From assembly GCA_902555665.1 (NCBI GenBank), contig CACDTF010000004.1:3834-67833 (forward strand): DNA of 64,000 bases. Reading direction: 5' to 3'. Positions 1 to 9,461 of this stretch are shown piece by piece. The notes beneath the pieces are model-generated. The model made no database searches. It had not been told where the DNA came from and was given only the letters and a program-made list of their open reading frames with translations. This DNA is from an uncultured Pelagibacteraceae bacterium. GTDB taxonomy: Bacteria; Pseudomonadota; Alphaproteobacteria; Pelagibacterales; Pelagibacteraceae. Both the position numbers and the translations under genes were made by a program. Positions within the stretch are counted from its first letter, which is position 1. Every line of letters begins with the position of its first letter.

Positions 1-145
1 AACCACACATTAAAAATAGTAGTGAGTTGAATATAGCTTGAACTTCAGCAGAAACTGTTGTCTCTGCCATACCCGCACTACTCATGTTTAATAAAAATAT
101 TAAACTAAGAATTGGCGCGGACACTTTTTTAATAAATTTAGTCAT
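1..145 (-). CDS. amtB: Ammonium transporter (Amt family), N-terminal part, runs off the window edge
   Basis: Manual translation MTKFIKKVSAPILSLIFLLNMSSAGMAETTVSAEVQAIFNSLLFLMCG shows a signal peptide followed by an Amt TM1-like segment; GGAGG RBS upstream. Not in the ORF track. Confidence 0.65.
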   Translation of the reverse strand, partial: MTKFIKKVSAPILSLIFLLNMSSAGMAETTVSAEVQAIFNSLLFLMCG

Positions 146-239
146 AAGACCTCCACTTGTTAAGTGATGTCTTATAGTTTTAATTAAATTTAAAAGTAAC
201 GCTGATTAGGAAAAGTGGCTATGCATTATTTGCATATAG

Positions 240-280
240 TAACAGCCCTTAACTTATTTTTAAAACGTTAAGGGCTGTTA
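240..280 (-). terminator. 14-bp perfect inverted repeat between the HU gene and amt (terminator or mRNA-stabilising hairpin)
   Basis: TAACAGCCCTTAAC-N13-GTTAAGGGCTGTTA, 9 nt after the HU stop; no clean U-tract on the minus strand. Confidence 0.65.
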
Positions 281-289
281 AAAAAAATA

Positions 290-565
290 TTATCTGTTGA
301 ATACTTCTTTTAAAGCTTTGGCTGGTAAGAATTTTACCTTTTGAGAAGCAGCAATTTGAATTTGCTCACCTGTTCTAGGGTTTCTTCCAACTCGTGCTTT
401 TCTTTTAGCAACTTTATACGTACCGAACCCAGCAATTTTCACTGAATCATCACCTTTTAGAGCATCTAAAATAGTGTTGGTAATAGTATCAAAAGTTCGC
501 TCAGCATCTGCTTTGCTCAAATTTAATGAGCCAGAAAGCTTGGCAATTAGTTGTTTTTTGTTCAT
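290..565 (-). CDS. hup: DNA-binding protein HU
   Basis: MNKKQLI start, GFGTY and ARVGRNPRTGE motifs, 91 aa. Confidence 0.97.
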   Translation of the reverse strand: MNKKQLIAKLSGSLNLSKADAERTFDTITNTILDALKGDDSVKIAGFGTYKVAKRKARVGRNPRTGEQIQIAASQKVKFLPAKALKEVFNR

Positions 566-652
566 TTTAGCTCCGGTTTTGTTGGTTAATAATTATACTT
601 ATCATAAACGTTGATAAATCAAGCTTTTTTTTAGTGTTTAGTTTTTTAAAAC

Positions 653-668
653 ACACAATATATTGTAA
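653..668. promoter_or_regulatory. Candidate NrdR box upstream of the HU gene
   Basis: ACACAATATATTGTAA matches the consensus acaCwAtATaTwGtgt at 14/16; single copy only. Confidence 0.4.
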
Positions 669-722
669 AAACTTAAATAAACGTTGGATTTATTGACTTT
701 TTTTAACTTTTTAGAATGTGAA

Positions 723-1835
723 TTATCTAAATAAACCTAGGTCTTTCAGATCATTAAATGTAGTAAAAAACATTAAAGATAGCAACAAAAACAATCCGAT
801 TCGAAAAAAACCTTCTTGAGTTTTTTGAGACAAAGGCCTGCCTAAAACTTTCTCAAATGCATAAAACATTAAATGTCCTCCATCTAACATTGGAATTGGA
901 AATAGATTAATAAGCCCTAAACTTATTGAAATATAGGCCATCATACTAATGAATGCCAACACTCCAAATGTTGCAACTTGTCCAGAAATTTTCGCAATTC
1001 TAATTGGACCCCCTAATTGAGATGTATCCGCTTTACCTAAAATCATTCCTCCGATGTATTTAAGTGAGGAAACACTTACAAAATAAACCTCAAAACCTGC
1101 GTGATATAAAGCCTGAGCAGGTCCTAATTTAACATGGTTAACTTTATTATTATAGGCACCAAGCTTAATACCTACCATTCTTTTATTTATTTTATTCCCT
1201 AATCCATCATCACCTTCAACAATATTGGGTTTTACTTTTAGTATTAATTCATCATAAGAACGCCTAACTTTGAAATCTATAAAATCACCAGTAGACATCG
1301 TGATAAATTTAGAAACTTCCATAATACTTTTAACTTCATTACCATCTATTTCTAAAATTATATCCTCAGCTTTTAGCCCTCCTACCATTGCGGGACTATC
1401 TTTCTGAACTTCATTAATGACTGCAGGAGTAAAATCTTTACCTACAAAGGTATAGATTGAAAAAAATATTATTAAAGCTAACAAAAAATTAGCCAAAGGA
1501 CCGCCAAATACGATTAAAACTCTCTGGTATAAAGGTTTTAAAATAAATAATTTTTCTCGTTCCTCTTCATTATATTTTTCTAATATTTCTTGATGATCAG
1601 CTTGTGAATAAACATTCCTATCTCCAAAAAATTTTACATATCCACCTAGAGGAATTGCACATATTTTCCATCTTGTGCCTGATTTATCATTCCAACCAAA
1701 TAACTCTTTACCAAAACCAATTGAAAAATCTGTAACACCTACTCCATATTTTCTTGCAAAATAGTAGTGTCCATATTCATGTATAAAAACGACTACTAAG
1801 ATAAGTATTAAAAATGGAATGATATAACTAAGCAT
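723..1835 (-). CDS. rseP: RIP metalloprotease RseP
   Basis: HEYGH zinc motif, PDZ domain, NLFPIPMLDGG motif. Confidence 0.96.
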   Translation of the reverse strand: MLSYIIPFLILILVVVFIHEYGHYYFARKYGVGVTDFSIGFGKELFGWNDKSGTRWKICAIPLGGYVKFFGDRNVYSQADHQEILEKYNEEEREKLFILKPLYQRVLIVFGGPLANFLLALIIFFSIYTFVGKDFTPAVINEVQKDSPAMVGGLKAEDIILEIDGNEVKSIMEVSKFITMSTGDFIDFKVRRSYDELILKVKPNIVEGDDGLGNKINKRMVGIKLGAYNNKVNHVKLGPAQALYHAGFEVYFVSVSSLKYIGGMILGKADTSQLGGPIRIAKISGQVATFGVLAFISMMAYISISLGLINLFPIPMLDGGHLMFYAFEKVLGRPLSQKTQEGFFRIGLFLLLSLMFFTTFNDLKDLGLFR

Positions 1836-1946
1836 GTATTAAATATATTATTATTTATAATTAACTCAATAAGCTAAAATGCCTTATTATTGCTAGAATT
1901 TATATTTTAGTTTAAATTTTGATCATTAATACTGTATAATATAAAT

Positions 1947-2432
1947 ATGCCTTCATTTGATGTAATTAGTAAAATAAATTATCAAGAATTTGATAATGCT
2001 TTAGCTAATTGTTTAAGAGAAATCAGTAACCGTTATGATTTTAAAGGACTTCATATTTCAATTGAACGAAAAGATAAAACGGTGACTACCAATGTACCTG
2101 ATGAATTAAAATTAAAGCAAGTAAATGAATTATTACAAACCCATTTGGTTAGAAGAAAAGTAGATCCAAGGGTTTTAGAATTTAAAAGTTCTGAAGGAGC
2201 GTCAGGAGGATCTATTAGACAAGTCAGTGAATTAAAAGAGGGAATTAGCCAAGAAAATGCTAAAAAAGTTATTGCTGACATTAAAAAACTTAAACTTAAA
2301 ATTCAAATTAAAATCCAAGGCGATGAATTAAGAGTAGATGGCAAAAAAAAAGATGACCTTCAAGAAGCTATCGCTGCAATCAAAGCAATTGATATTGGGC
2401 TTCCAATTGATTTTGTTAATTTAAGAGACTAA
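1947..2432 (+). CDS. yajQ: YajQ family nucleotide/c-di-GMP-binding protein
   Basis: MPSFDV start, RYDFKG, IQGDELRV..KKKDDLQ. Confidence 0.96.
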   Translation: MPSFDVISKINYQEFDNALANCLREISNRYDFKGLHISIERKDKTVTTNVPDELKLKQVNELLQTHLVRRKVDPRVLEFKSSEGASGGSIRQVSELKEGISQENAKKVIADIKKLKLKIQIKIQGDELRVDGKKKDDLQEAIAAIKAIDIGLPIDFVNLRD

Positions 2433-3053
2433 TTAAACTTTTTGAATTAAGGATGCGCTATTATTAGTAGGCTTATTAACATCTTTTGAAACTTCATGAA
2501 AAATTAAATTAGGAATTTTACGTTCCTTTAAAAATGTAGAACCTTGTAATTCTAAATTTAAATAACGATTAATATCAGTTTGATTTAAAATAACCGGTTG
2601 TCTGTGATGAATTTCATTTATATTTTCTTTTGCTTCCTCTGTAATCAAACAGAACTGATCATTTTCAAAGATACCAGCAAAATAAATAGGATTAGTATCT
2701 TCACGAGTAAAATAATGAGGAGTTTTTTCTTTTTCTTCTCTTTTCCACTCATAAAAACCATCTGAAACTGCAACACATCGATTGTTTTTTATTAGTTTTT
2801 TAAATGAAACCTTTTCATCAATGGTCTCAAGTCTTGCATTAATTAAAGCTTTAAAATCTTTGTCTTTAGCCCATCCAGGAACTAAACCCCATTGTAGATT
2901 TTCTAAAGTATTTCCATTTTTATATTTTTTTATTACAGGCAGTTTTTGATATGGATGAGCATTATAGTTTTCATTATCCTCAACCTGAATTGCAGATTTT
3001 ACTAATTTATTTGTTTTTGTTACCGGATTTTTTACTACGTATCTTCCACACAT
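2433..3053 (-). CDS. SOS response-associated peptidase (SRAP/YedK/HMCES; abasic-site shielding)
   Basis: N-terminal MCGRY, WGLVP.W, INAR.ET, DGFYEW, IHHRQPVIL. Confidence 0.93.
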   Translation of the reverse strand: MCGRYVVKNPVTKTNKLVKSAIQVEDNENYNAHPYQKLPVIKKYKNGNTLENLQWGLVPGWAKDKDFKALINARLETIDEKVSFKKLIKNNRCVAVSDGFYEWKREEKEKTPHYFTREDTNPIYFAGIFENDQFCLITEEAKENINEIHHRQPVILNQTDINRYLNLELQGSTFLKERKIPNLIFHEVSKDVNKPTNNSASLIQKV

Positions 3054-3601
3054 TATATTGTTTGCTGTTTTATTAATTCTTCTATTTGCTTGATCATTAA
3101 TTTAGGTGATCTCATTGCAGGATAAATTTCTTGTGCTTGTTTATAACTTCTTATTGCTTTTTCATAATTCTTAAGCTGAATATTTACTAAACCCTGTCCC
3201 GCTAAAGCTCCAAAGTGTCTTTGTTCTAAAGCCAATACTTGATCTATATCATTTTGTGATTTTTGAAATTCTCCTAGCAAATAAAACACAGTTGCTCTTT
3301 TATTCCAAGCTTCAGCCCAACTTTGATCAAGATTAATAACTTCAGTAAAAATATCTTTTGCTTTTAAATAATTTTGATCTCTCACAAATTTAGAACCTTC
3401 TTCTAACCTAGCTGTCAATTTTTCATCTGTCGGATGTGTACTCCATAAAGCCCAAATTTCTTGTTCAATTACAAAAGCTACTTTCGATTTATTGGCCTTT
3501 AACTCATTAAATAATTGGTTTAATCTTACGTCTCTTTCATTCGCTAAACAACTAACTTGTGAAAATAAATAAAACAATATTGCTAAGAATATCTTCTTCA
3601 T
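3053..3601 (-). CDS. Secreted tetratricopeptide repeat protein
   Basis: Signal peptide; TPR helices WAEAWNKRAT, RHFGALAGQG. Confidence 0.85.
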   Translation of the reverse strand: MKKIFLAILFYLFSQVSCLANERDVRLNQLFNELKANKSKVAFVIEQEIWALWSTHPTDEKLTARLEEGSKFVRDQNYLKAKDIFTEVINLDQSWAEAWNKRATVFYLLGEFQKSQNDIDQVLALEQRHFGALAGQGLVNIQLKNYEKAIRSYKQAQEIYPAMRSPKLMIKQIEELIKQQTI

Positions 3602-3758
3602 ATTTAAATATTATCAAATATTAAAATTAGAGTCTTCAGTCTTAAGTGTCTTTGTGTTTATTTATACAACTCTTATAAGAATTATCTCTTTCTTTAAATA
3701 AATAATCGTATTAAATTCAATTGAAAATTTAATTAAATAGATATAACTAAGAACTGAA

Positions 3759-4760
3759 ATGCATATATTTATCACTGGTGTAGCAGGTTTCTTAGGATCA
3801 CATTTGGCTGATTATTATCTGAAAAAAAATTTTAAGGTAAGTGGGAATGATAATTTAATTGGAGGATATAGAGACAATGTTGATAGCAGAGTAAATTTCT
3901 ATAATTTTGATTGTGAAGATTTTTTAAGAATGGACAAACTTCTGAAAGGAGTCGATGTTGTTATTCATACAGCTGCATTTGCGCATGAAGGTTTGTCTGT
4001 TTTTTCTCCACATCTCATTTGTAAAAATATAATATCTGGATCAACTTCTGTATTTAGTGCAGCAGCGAATAATAAAGTAAAAAGAATAGTTTTTTGTTCA
4101 TCTATGGCAAGATATGGAAATATACAACCGCCATTTAAAGAAACCGATAAACCGAAACCAATTGATCCATATGGTATAGCAAAACTTGCGGCAGAAAAAA
4201 TTTTGATGAATATTTGCGAAGTTCACAACATTGAATACAATATAGCTGTACCACATAATATTATTGGAAATAAACAAAGGTATGACGATCCTTTTAGAAA
4301 TGTAGCTTCTATAATGATTAACTTAATACTTCAAAATAAACAGCCAATTATTTATGGTGACGGAGAACAAAAAAGATCATTCTCAGATATAGCAGATTGT
4401 ATTTTTTGCATAGATAAACTTGTTAGAAATTCAAAAATAAAATCTGAGATAGTAAACATTGGCCCAGATGATAATTATATTTCGATAAATGAGTTATACA
4501 AAATAATTTCAAATAAATTAAAATTTAATAGAGAGCCAAGATATTTTCCGGATAGAGCTAATGAAGTAAAATTTGCTAATTGTAGCGCTGAAAAATCAAA
4601 AAAAATTTTAGGTTATAAAAAAATTAAAAATATTGAAGAAAGTATAGATGATATAATTGCCTATATTAAACAAAGAGGTGTTAAAGAATTTAGCTATGAT
4701 TATGATTTAGAGATCTTTAACAACAAAACCCCAGATACATGGAAGAAAAAAATATTCTAA
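3759..4760 (+). CDS. NAD-dependent NDP-sugar epimerase/dehydratase (extended SDR)
   Basis: ITGVAGFLGSHL, SSMARYG, YGIAK catalytic YxxxK. Confidence 0.9.
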   Translation: MHIFITGVAGFLGSHLADYYLKKNFKVSGNDNLIGGYRDNVDSRVNFYNFDCEDFLRMDKLLKGVDVVIHTAAFAHEGLSVFSPHLICKNIISGSTSVFSAAANNKVKRIVFCSSMARYGNIQPPFKETDKPKPIDPYGIAKLAAEKILMNICEVHNIEYNIAVPHNIIGNKQRYDDPFRNVASIMINLILQNKQPIIYGDGEQKRSFSDIADCIFCIDKLVRNSKIKSEIVNIGPDDNYISINELYKIISNKLKFNREPRYFPDRANEVKFANCSAEKSKKILGYKKIKNIEESIDDIIAYIKQRGVKEFSYDYDLEIFNNKTPDTWKKKIF

Positions 4761-4794
4761 ATTATTAAAAAAAAAATATTTACCGTATTTAAAT

Positions 4795-5250
4795 TTAAGT
4801 GTTTTTGTCAATGTCTTTACATTTATAAAAAGAAATATCTTTTTCTTTTTCCTCTTGTTTTATATTGATTGTAATTTCGTGAATAAGTTCGCCAGTTTTT
4901 CTAGTATAGACTGCAGACTCAGAATAATTCCTCTCTTTATCAAATGCTTGGATTAAGAATATATCTTTATTCGAAATTTTAACCTCTAAATCAATTTTAT
5001 TTAAAAATTCTGATAAATTTTTTACATTTAGAATGTCTGGTGTTTTAGACTCGATTATTAACTTATTAATATCTTTTCTTTTAATTTGATCTTTTGTGAA
5101 AGATTCAAAGTTATGTTCTGGATTTTTTAAAATTACTTTTTCAAATTTACAATTTAAGTTCAAATCAGAATTTAGTGTAATATTTGTATTTTGAGCTTGA
5201 GCAAAACTAAAAAAACTTAATAAGCTAAATATTGATATAAAGATTTTCAT
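4795..5250 (-). CDS. Hypothetical exported protein
   Basis: Signal peptide ending AQA; two Cys; abuts tesA. Confidence 0.65.
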   Translation of the reverse strand: MKIFISIFSLLSFFSFAQAQNTNITLNSDLNLNCKFEKVILKNPEHNFESFTKDQIKRKDINKLIIESKTPDILNVKNLSEFLNKIDLEVKISNKDIFLIQAFDKERNYSESAVYTRKTGELIHEITINIKQEEKEKDISFYKCKDIDKNT

Positions 5251-5862
5251 TTAATTAATTATATTAATAATACTTTTTTTTATTGTTTCACTTACTTTAA
5301 TTGTTCCATCTTTATTGGGGTGTATACCGTCTTGTTGATTTAAACTTGGATTAAGTGCCACACCTTCAAGAAGAAATGGGATTAATACTAAATTATACTT
5401 TTTTGATAACTTTGGATAAATCGCATCAAAATCTTTTTTATATTTTTCCCCATAAGTATCTGGTGCCACCATTCCGGCTAAAATAATTTTAATTTTTTTA
5501 TTCTGAGCAACTTTTATTATTTGCTCCAAATTTTTTTCTGTTTCTTCTGGTTGGATTCCTCTGAGCATATCATTAGCTCCTAGTCCTAAAATGATTAAAT
5601 CTATTCCTGGTTCGGATAAACTCCAATCGGCTCTATTCAACCCACCTGATGACGTGCTACCAGAAACACTTCCATTAATGATTTTAATATTTAACCCAGC
5701 TTGCTTAAGATTGTTTTCTAAAACTATTGATAAATGATGTTCTTTAGGTAATCCATATCCAGCCATCAAACTATCACCAAATAAAATTACCTTTTCTATT
5801 GCACTTGCGTTTATGTGCACTAGAAAGATTATCAAAATTTTTATAAATATAGTTTTATTCAT
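5251..5862 (-). CDS. tesA: Arylesterase / acyl-CoA thioesterase I (SGNH/GDSL hydrolase)
   Basis: FGDSL, GAND, DGIHPN motifs; start moved to 5862 (MNKTIF..., signal peptide). Confidence 0.92.
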   Translation of the reverse strand: MNKTIFIKILIIFLVHINASAIEKVILFGDSLMAGYGLPKEHHLSIVLENNLKQAGLNIKIINGSVSGSTSSGGLNRADWSLSEPGIDLIILGLGANDMLRGIQPEETEKNLEQIIKVAQNKKIKIILAGMVAPDTYGEKYKKDFDAIYPKLSKKYNLVLIPFLLEGVALNPSLNQQDGIHPNKDGTIKVSETIKKSIINIIN

Positions 5863-6526
5863 GCTTACTCTTCTTAAATTAAAAAAAATAAATCTCAAAT
5901 ACCAAACTGGTAAAGATAGTATCAGTGTTTTAAAGAATATTGATTTAAATATTAAGAAAAAAGAAACTGTTTCAGTAGTTGGAGAAAGTGGCTCAGGGAA
6001 AACAAGTTTGATAATGTTAATTGGAGGTTTAGAAAAACCAACCTCTGGTAAAATAATTTTTAATGATCAAGAAATAACAGGCCTTACTGAAGATGAAGTG
6101 TCGGAGATAAGAAAGAAAAATATTGGAATAATATTTCAGTCTTTTTATTTAATTCCTAATTACACAGCAGTTGAAAATGTTGCTTTAACTCTTGAACTTA
6201 ATAATTTTAAAAATCCAGAAAAAGAAGCAAAAATTTTATTAGATCGTTTTGGTTTGAAACATCGTTTTAATAATTTACCAAGTCAATTATCAGGTGGTGA
6301 ACAACAAAGGGTTGCTATCGCTAGAGCAATTTCGATGAAACCAGAACTAATCTTAGCAGATGAACCAACAGGAAACTTAGATACTGAAAATTCTGTCATG
6401 ATTGCAAATATTTTATTTAAATATGTTAAAGAAGAAGGTTCGTCTTTAATCATGGTAACACATGACCCTACTCTTGCCGACAAAGCTAAAAGAAAAATAA
6501 AAATTAAAGATGGAAAAATTAAATAA
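5861..6526 (+). CDS. ybbA: ABC transporter ATP-binding protein (YbbA type)
   Basis: GESGSGKT, LSGGEQQR, ADEPTGNLD; tesA-ybbA-ybbP synteny; start moved to ATG 5861. Confidence 0.9.
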   Translation: MLTLLKLKKINLKYQTGKDSISVLKNIDLNIKKKETVSVVGESGSGKTSLIMLIGGLEKPTSGKIIFNDQEITGLTEDEVSEIRKKNIGIIFQSFYLIPNYTAVENVALTLELNNFKNPEKEAKILLDRFGLKHRFNNLPSQLSGGEQQRVAIARAISMKPELILADEPTGNLDTENSVMIANILFKYVKEEGSSLIMVTHDPTLADKAKRKIKIKDGKIK

Positions 6527-9044
6527 TCCTTCAGAATTTAGTTTGATATTTAAATACGCTTTAAAAGACTTAAGCAGAAATTATCATAAAATTTCCAGTA
6601 TAATTATTACACTCTTTATAAGTTTATTTATCTTAAGTGCTATTTTCACAATTGAAGATAGTCTTAAAAAAGAACTAAATGATAATGCCAAGGCTCTTTT
6701 GGGTGGAGATTTAGAGATTGATTACAATCGTAATCAAGGAAATTTAGATCTAGTTAACCAAGTAAAAGATTTTGCAACTGTTTCTCAAATGATTGAGTTC
6801 AGCACTATGCTTTCAACTACTGGAAGAGAAAAAAATAAATCATTATTTACTAGAATTAAAACTGTAGATGAAAAATATCCTTTGTATGGAAATGTTGTGT
6901 ATGAACCAATTGGTGCTTATGAAAGAATGCAAAAAGAACCTAACACTATCCTAATCAATGAAAGTTTATCAAAAACCCTGAATATAAAAATTAATGAGAT
7001 CGTAAAAGTTCAAGATCAAAATTTTAAAGCAATTGGAATTATTAAATCAGTACCAGATGTAAGTGGATTTGTTGCATTTGGCGATTGGGCTTTAGCAGGA
7101 AAACAAACTTTAGAAATTTTAAAACTAAACGGGATTGGAAGCTTTTTAAACTATGAATACAAAGTAAAGTTTAATGAAAATGATAAGCCAGAAGAAATTG
7201 AACAACGAATTGAAGAAATCTTTAAAGACGATCAAAAAGTTAAGCTTAGATATCCTGAAAATTCTGCAAGTGGAATTAAAAGAATTATTAATAATTTTTC
7301 TCAATTTTTATCCCTTGTATCTATCAGTGCAATGTTGATAGCGGGTATTGGAATAGCAAATACTCTGCTTTCTTTTATTAATCAAAACAACATGTCGATA
7401 GCTGTGCGAAAAGCGGTTGGCTTTTATTCAGGCAATATTAAAACACTATATTATCTGCAGTTATTTATACTTTTATTTATCATCACTGTTGTTGCTTATG
7501 GATCGAGTTTTTTAATTGTACCAATGGCAGATAAATACTTATCTGATGGATTGGGATTGAATGTTAATCCAGTATTTTCATTACTGAATTTTTTAAAAAT
7601 ATTTTTAGTTGGCTTATTGGTGCTGGTAATTTTTTCTATTCCAACAATCAGTTCTATTGATCAAGTTAAAGCGTCTAATTTATTTAGAAACGTATTTCAG
7701 AATCTTCACTTTTATTATTCTAAGAAATCAGTTGTTCTAAGCTTTGTTTTGTTATCTATCTTAATTTTGTTATTTACGATTGGGTCTGAACAACCTTCTT
7801 ACAGTTTGGGTTACTTTGCTGCTTTTTTTGTGTGTTTGATTGTATTTTTCTTGCTTTCAAAATTAATCATTTTTTTCCTAAAAAGATTTAAATCTAGTTC
7901 AATAATTTCATTAAAAGTTTCAATCAAAAATATTACCCAAACAAAAAGTATAACTCCTATTACTGTTATGTCTCTTGGCTTAGGTGTTACTTTGTTATTA
8001 ACATTAACTTTAGTAGGTACAAATTTTCAAAGAGAAATTGCAAAATCTATTCCTGATATTGCACCTGATTATTTCTTTGTCGGTATTCAAAAAGGAGAAA
8101 GAGAGAAATTTGAACAAGGTATTTTAAATATGGATCCTAATGCATCTATTGAAATTGTGCCGATGGTATCATCTGGAATTGTAAAAATTAATGGTGTCGA
8201 TCCTAACACTTATATTAAACCAGATAATGACAGTTACTGGGTAATTGGTAGCGAACGAAGATCTTCATGGGTGGAAAATATACCTGAAGATAATCCAATT
8301 CTAGAAGGTAAATGGTGGGATTTATCAAACCCAGATCAACTTCAAATATCTCTAGATGCAAAAGTTGCTAAAGATTTTAACATTCAGTTAGGTGATATTT
8401 TCACTTTAAATGTTTATGGACGTGAAATTGAAGGAAAAGTAATTAATTTTAGAGAAGTGGATTATCGAGATTTAAGCATCAACTTTGCAATGTTATTTAA
8501 TCCTCAATTTGCAAAAAATATTCCGCATGAATATTTAGCCACTGCAAAATTTAATTCAAATAAATTTGATGAAACTGAGATGCTTGAAATAATGCCAAGT
8601 TTATCAATGATAAAAATTGCAGATTATTTATCTAAAGTTACAGCTGTTTTAAATAAGGTATTTATTGCAGTTACTTTAATTTCAACAGTTACTATTGTAA
8701 TTGGTTTAATTGTAATTTCGAGTGCAATTATGGTTCAAGGAAAAGTTAAAGAATATCAAAATTTAGTCTTTAAAATTTTGGGTTTTTCAAAAAAACAAAT
8801 AGTTTTTTCATCGCTAATTGAGTTTATCATTATTTTTAAATCTGTAATTTTAATTGCAATATTTTTTGCAGTGATTGGTTCAAAATTTATTATAGAAAAT
8901 ATTTTTGAGCTAGTATGGATGTTTGACTTTAAAGTTTTAATTTATTTAGGATTTTCAATTGGCTTTGTTACTCTAATTTTAATATTGCTAACAAACTTAA
9001 AATATCTTAATCCTAAAGTTTATCCTCTAATAAGAAATCAATAA
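6510..9044 (+). CDS. ybbP: ABC transporter permease (YbbP, FtsX-like)
   Basis: LLGGDL and PDYFFVGIQ motifs, 844 aa, duplicated FtsX architecture. Confidence 0.9.
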   Translation: MEKLNNPSEFSLIFKYALKDLSRNYHKISSIIITLFISLFILSAIFTIEDSLKKELNDNAKALLGGDLEIDYNRNQGNLDLVNQVKDFATVSQMIEFSTMLSTTGREKNKSLFTRIKTVDEKYPLYGNVVYEPIGAYERMQKEPNTILINESLSKTLNIKINEIVKVQDQNFKAIGIIKSVPDVSGFVAFGDWALAGKQTLEILKLNGIGSFLNYEYKVKFNENDKPEEIEQRIEEIFKDDQKVKLRYPENSASGIKRIINNFSQFLSLVSISAMLIAGIGIANTLLSFINQNNMSIAVRKAVGFYSGNIKTLYYLQLFILLFIITVVAYGSSFLIVPMADKYLSDGLGLNVNPVFSLLNFLKIFLVGLLVLVIFSIPTISSIDQVKASNLFRNVFQNLHFYYSKKSVVLSFVLLSILILLFTIGSEQPSYSLGYFAAFFVCLIVFFLLSKLIIFFLKRFKSSSIISLKVSIKNITQTKSITPITVMSLGLGVTLLLTLTLVGTNFQREIAKSIPDIAPDYFFVGIQKGEREKFEQGILNMDPNASIEIVPMVSSGIVKINGVDPNTYIKPDNDSYWVIGSERRSSWVENIPEDNPILEGKWWDLSNPDQLQISLDAKVAKDFNIQLGDIFTLNVYGREIEGKVINFREVDYRDLSINFAMLFNPQFAKNIPHEYLATAKFNSNKFDETEMLEIMPSLSMIKIADYLSKVTAVLNKVFIAVTLISTVTIVIGLIVISSAIMVQGKVKEYQNLVFKILGFSKKQIVFSSLIEFIIIFKSVILIAIFFAVIGSKFIIENIFELVWMFDFKVLIYLGFSIGFVTLILILLTNLKYLNPKVYPLIRNQ

Positions 9045-9461
9045 TTAAAATTTAGTAATTTTGCTATCTAAAGAAATTAAATTTAATTCTACTTTCAATT
9101 TTGGAAATTTTTTTTTTATTTGTTTTTTAATTTTTGAGAAAGACTCTTTATGAATTTTTTTTTCATTTCCTGGGCTAAATTCTTTTTTTCCGTTAGCAAT
9201 TTTAGCGGCACCACAATCTTTATGATTAATGACAATTAATTTTTCTATTTTATGTAATTGAATAGAAGTTCCTAAATTATCATAAAACGTTTTATGCCAT
9301 TTTTTGAATTTATTATGTGTTACACCAATAGCTGCACCTGCAATTGTGAATGCACTATATTTTCCTATTAATTTTTTTTTCTTTAAATGAATATGAACTA
9401 AATGTTGAAATCTTGGATCTATACAAGATAACACCATTGCTTTAAATTTCGATTTCTTCAA
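9045..9461 (-). CDS. Small beta-class carbonic anhydrase
   Basis: CIDPR and HKDCG zinc motifs. Confidence 0.85.
   Translation of the reverse strand: MKKSKFKAMVLSCIDPRFQHLVHIHLKKKKLIGKYSAFTIAGAAIGVTHNKFKKWHKTFYDNLGTSIQLHKIEKLIVINHKDCGAAKIANGKKEFSPGNEKKIHKESFSKIKKQIKKKFPKLKVELNLISLDSKITKF

Noticed and set aside
611-622. FNR/FixK box (TTGAT-AA-ATCAA)
   Set aside because: The spacer is 2 nt instead of the required 4.
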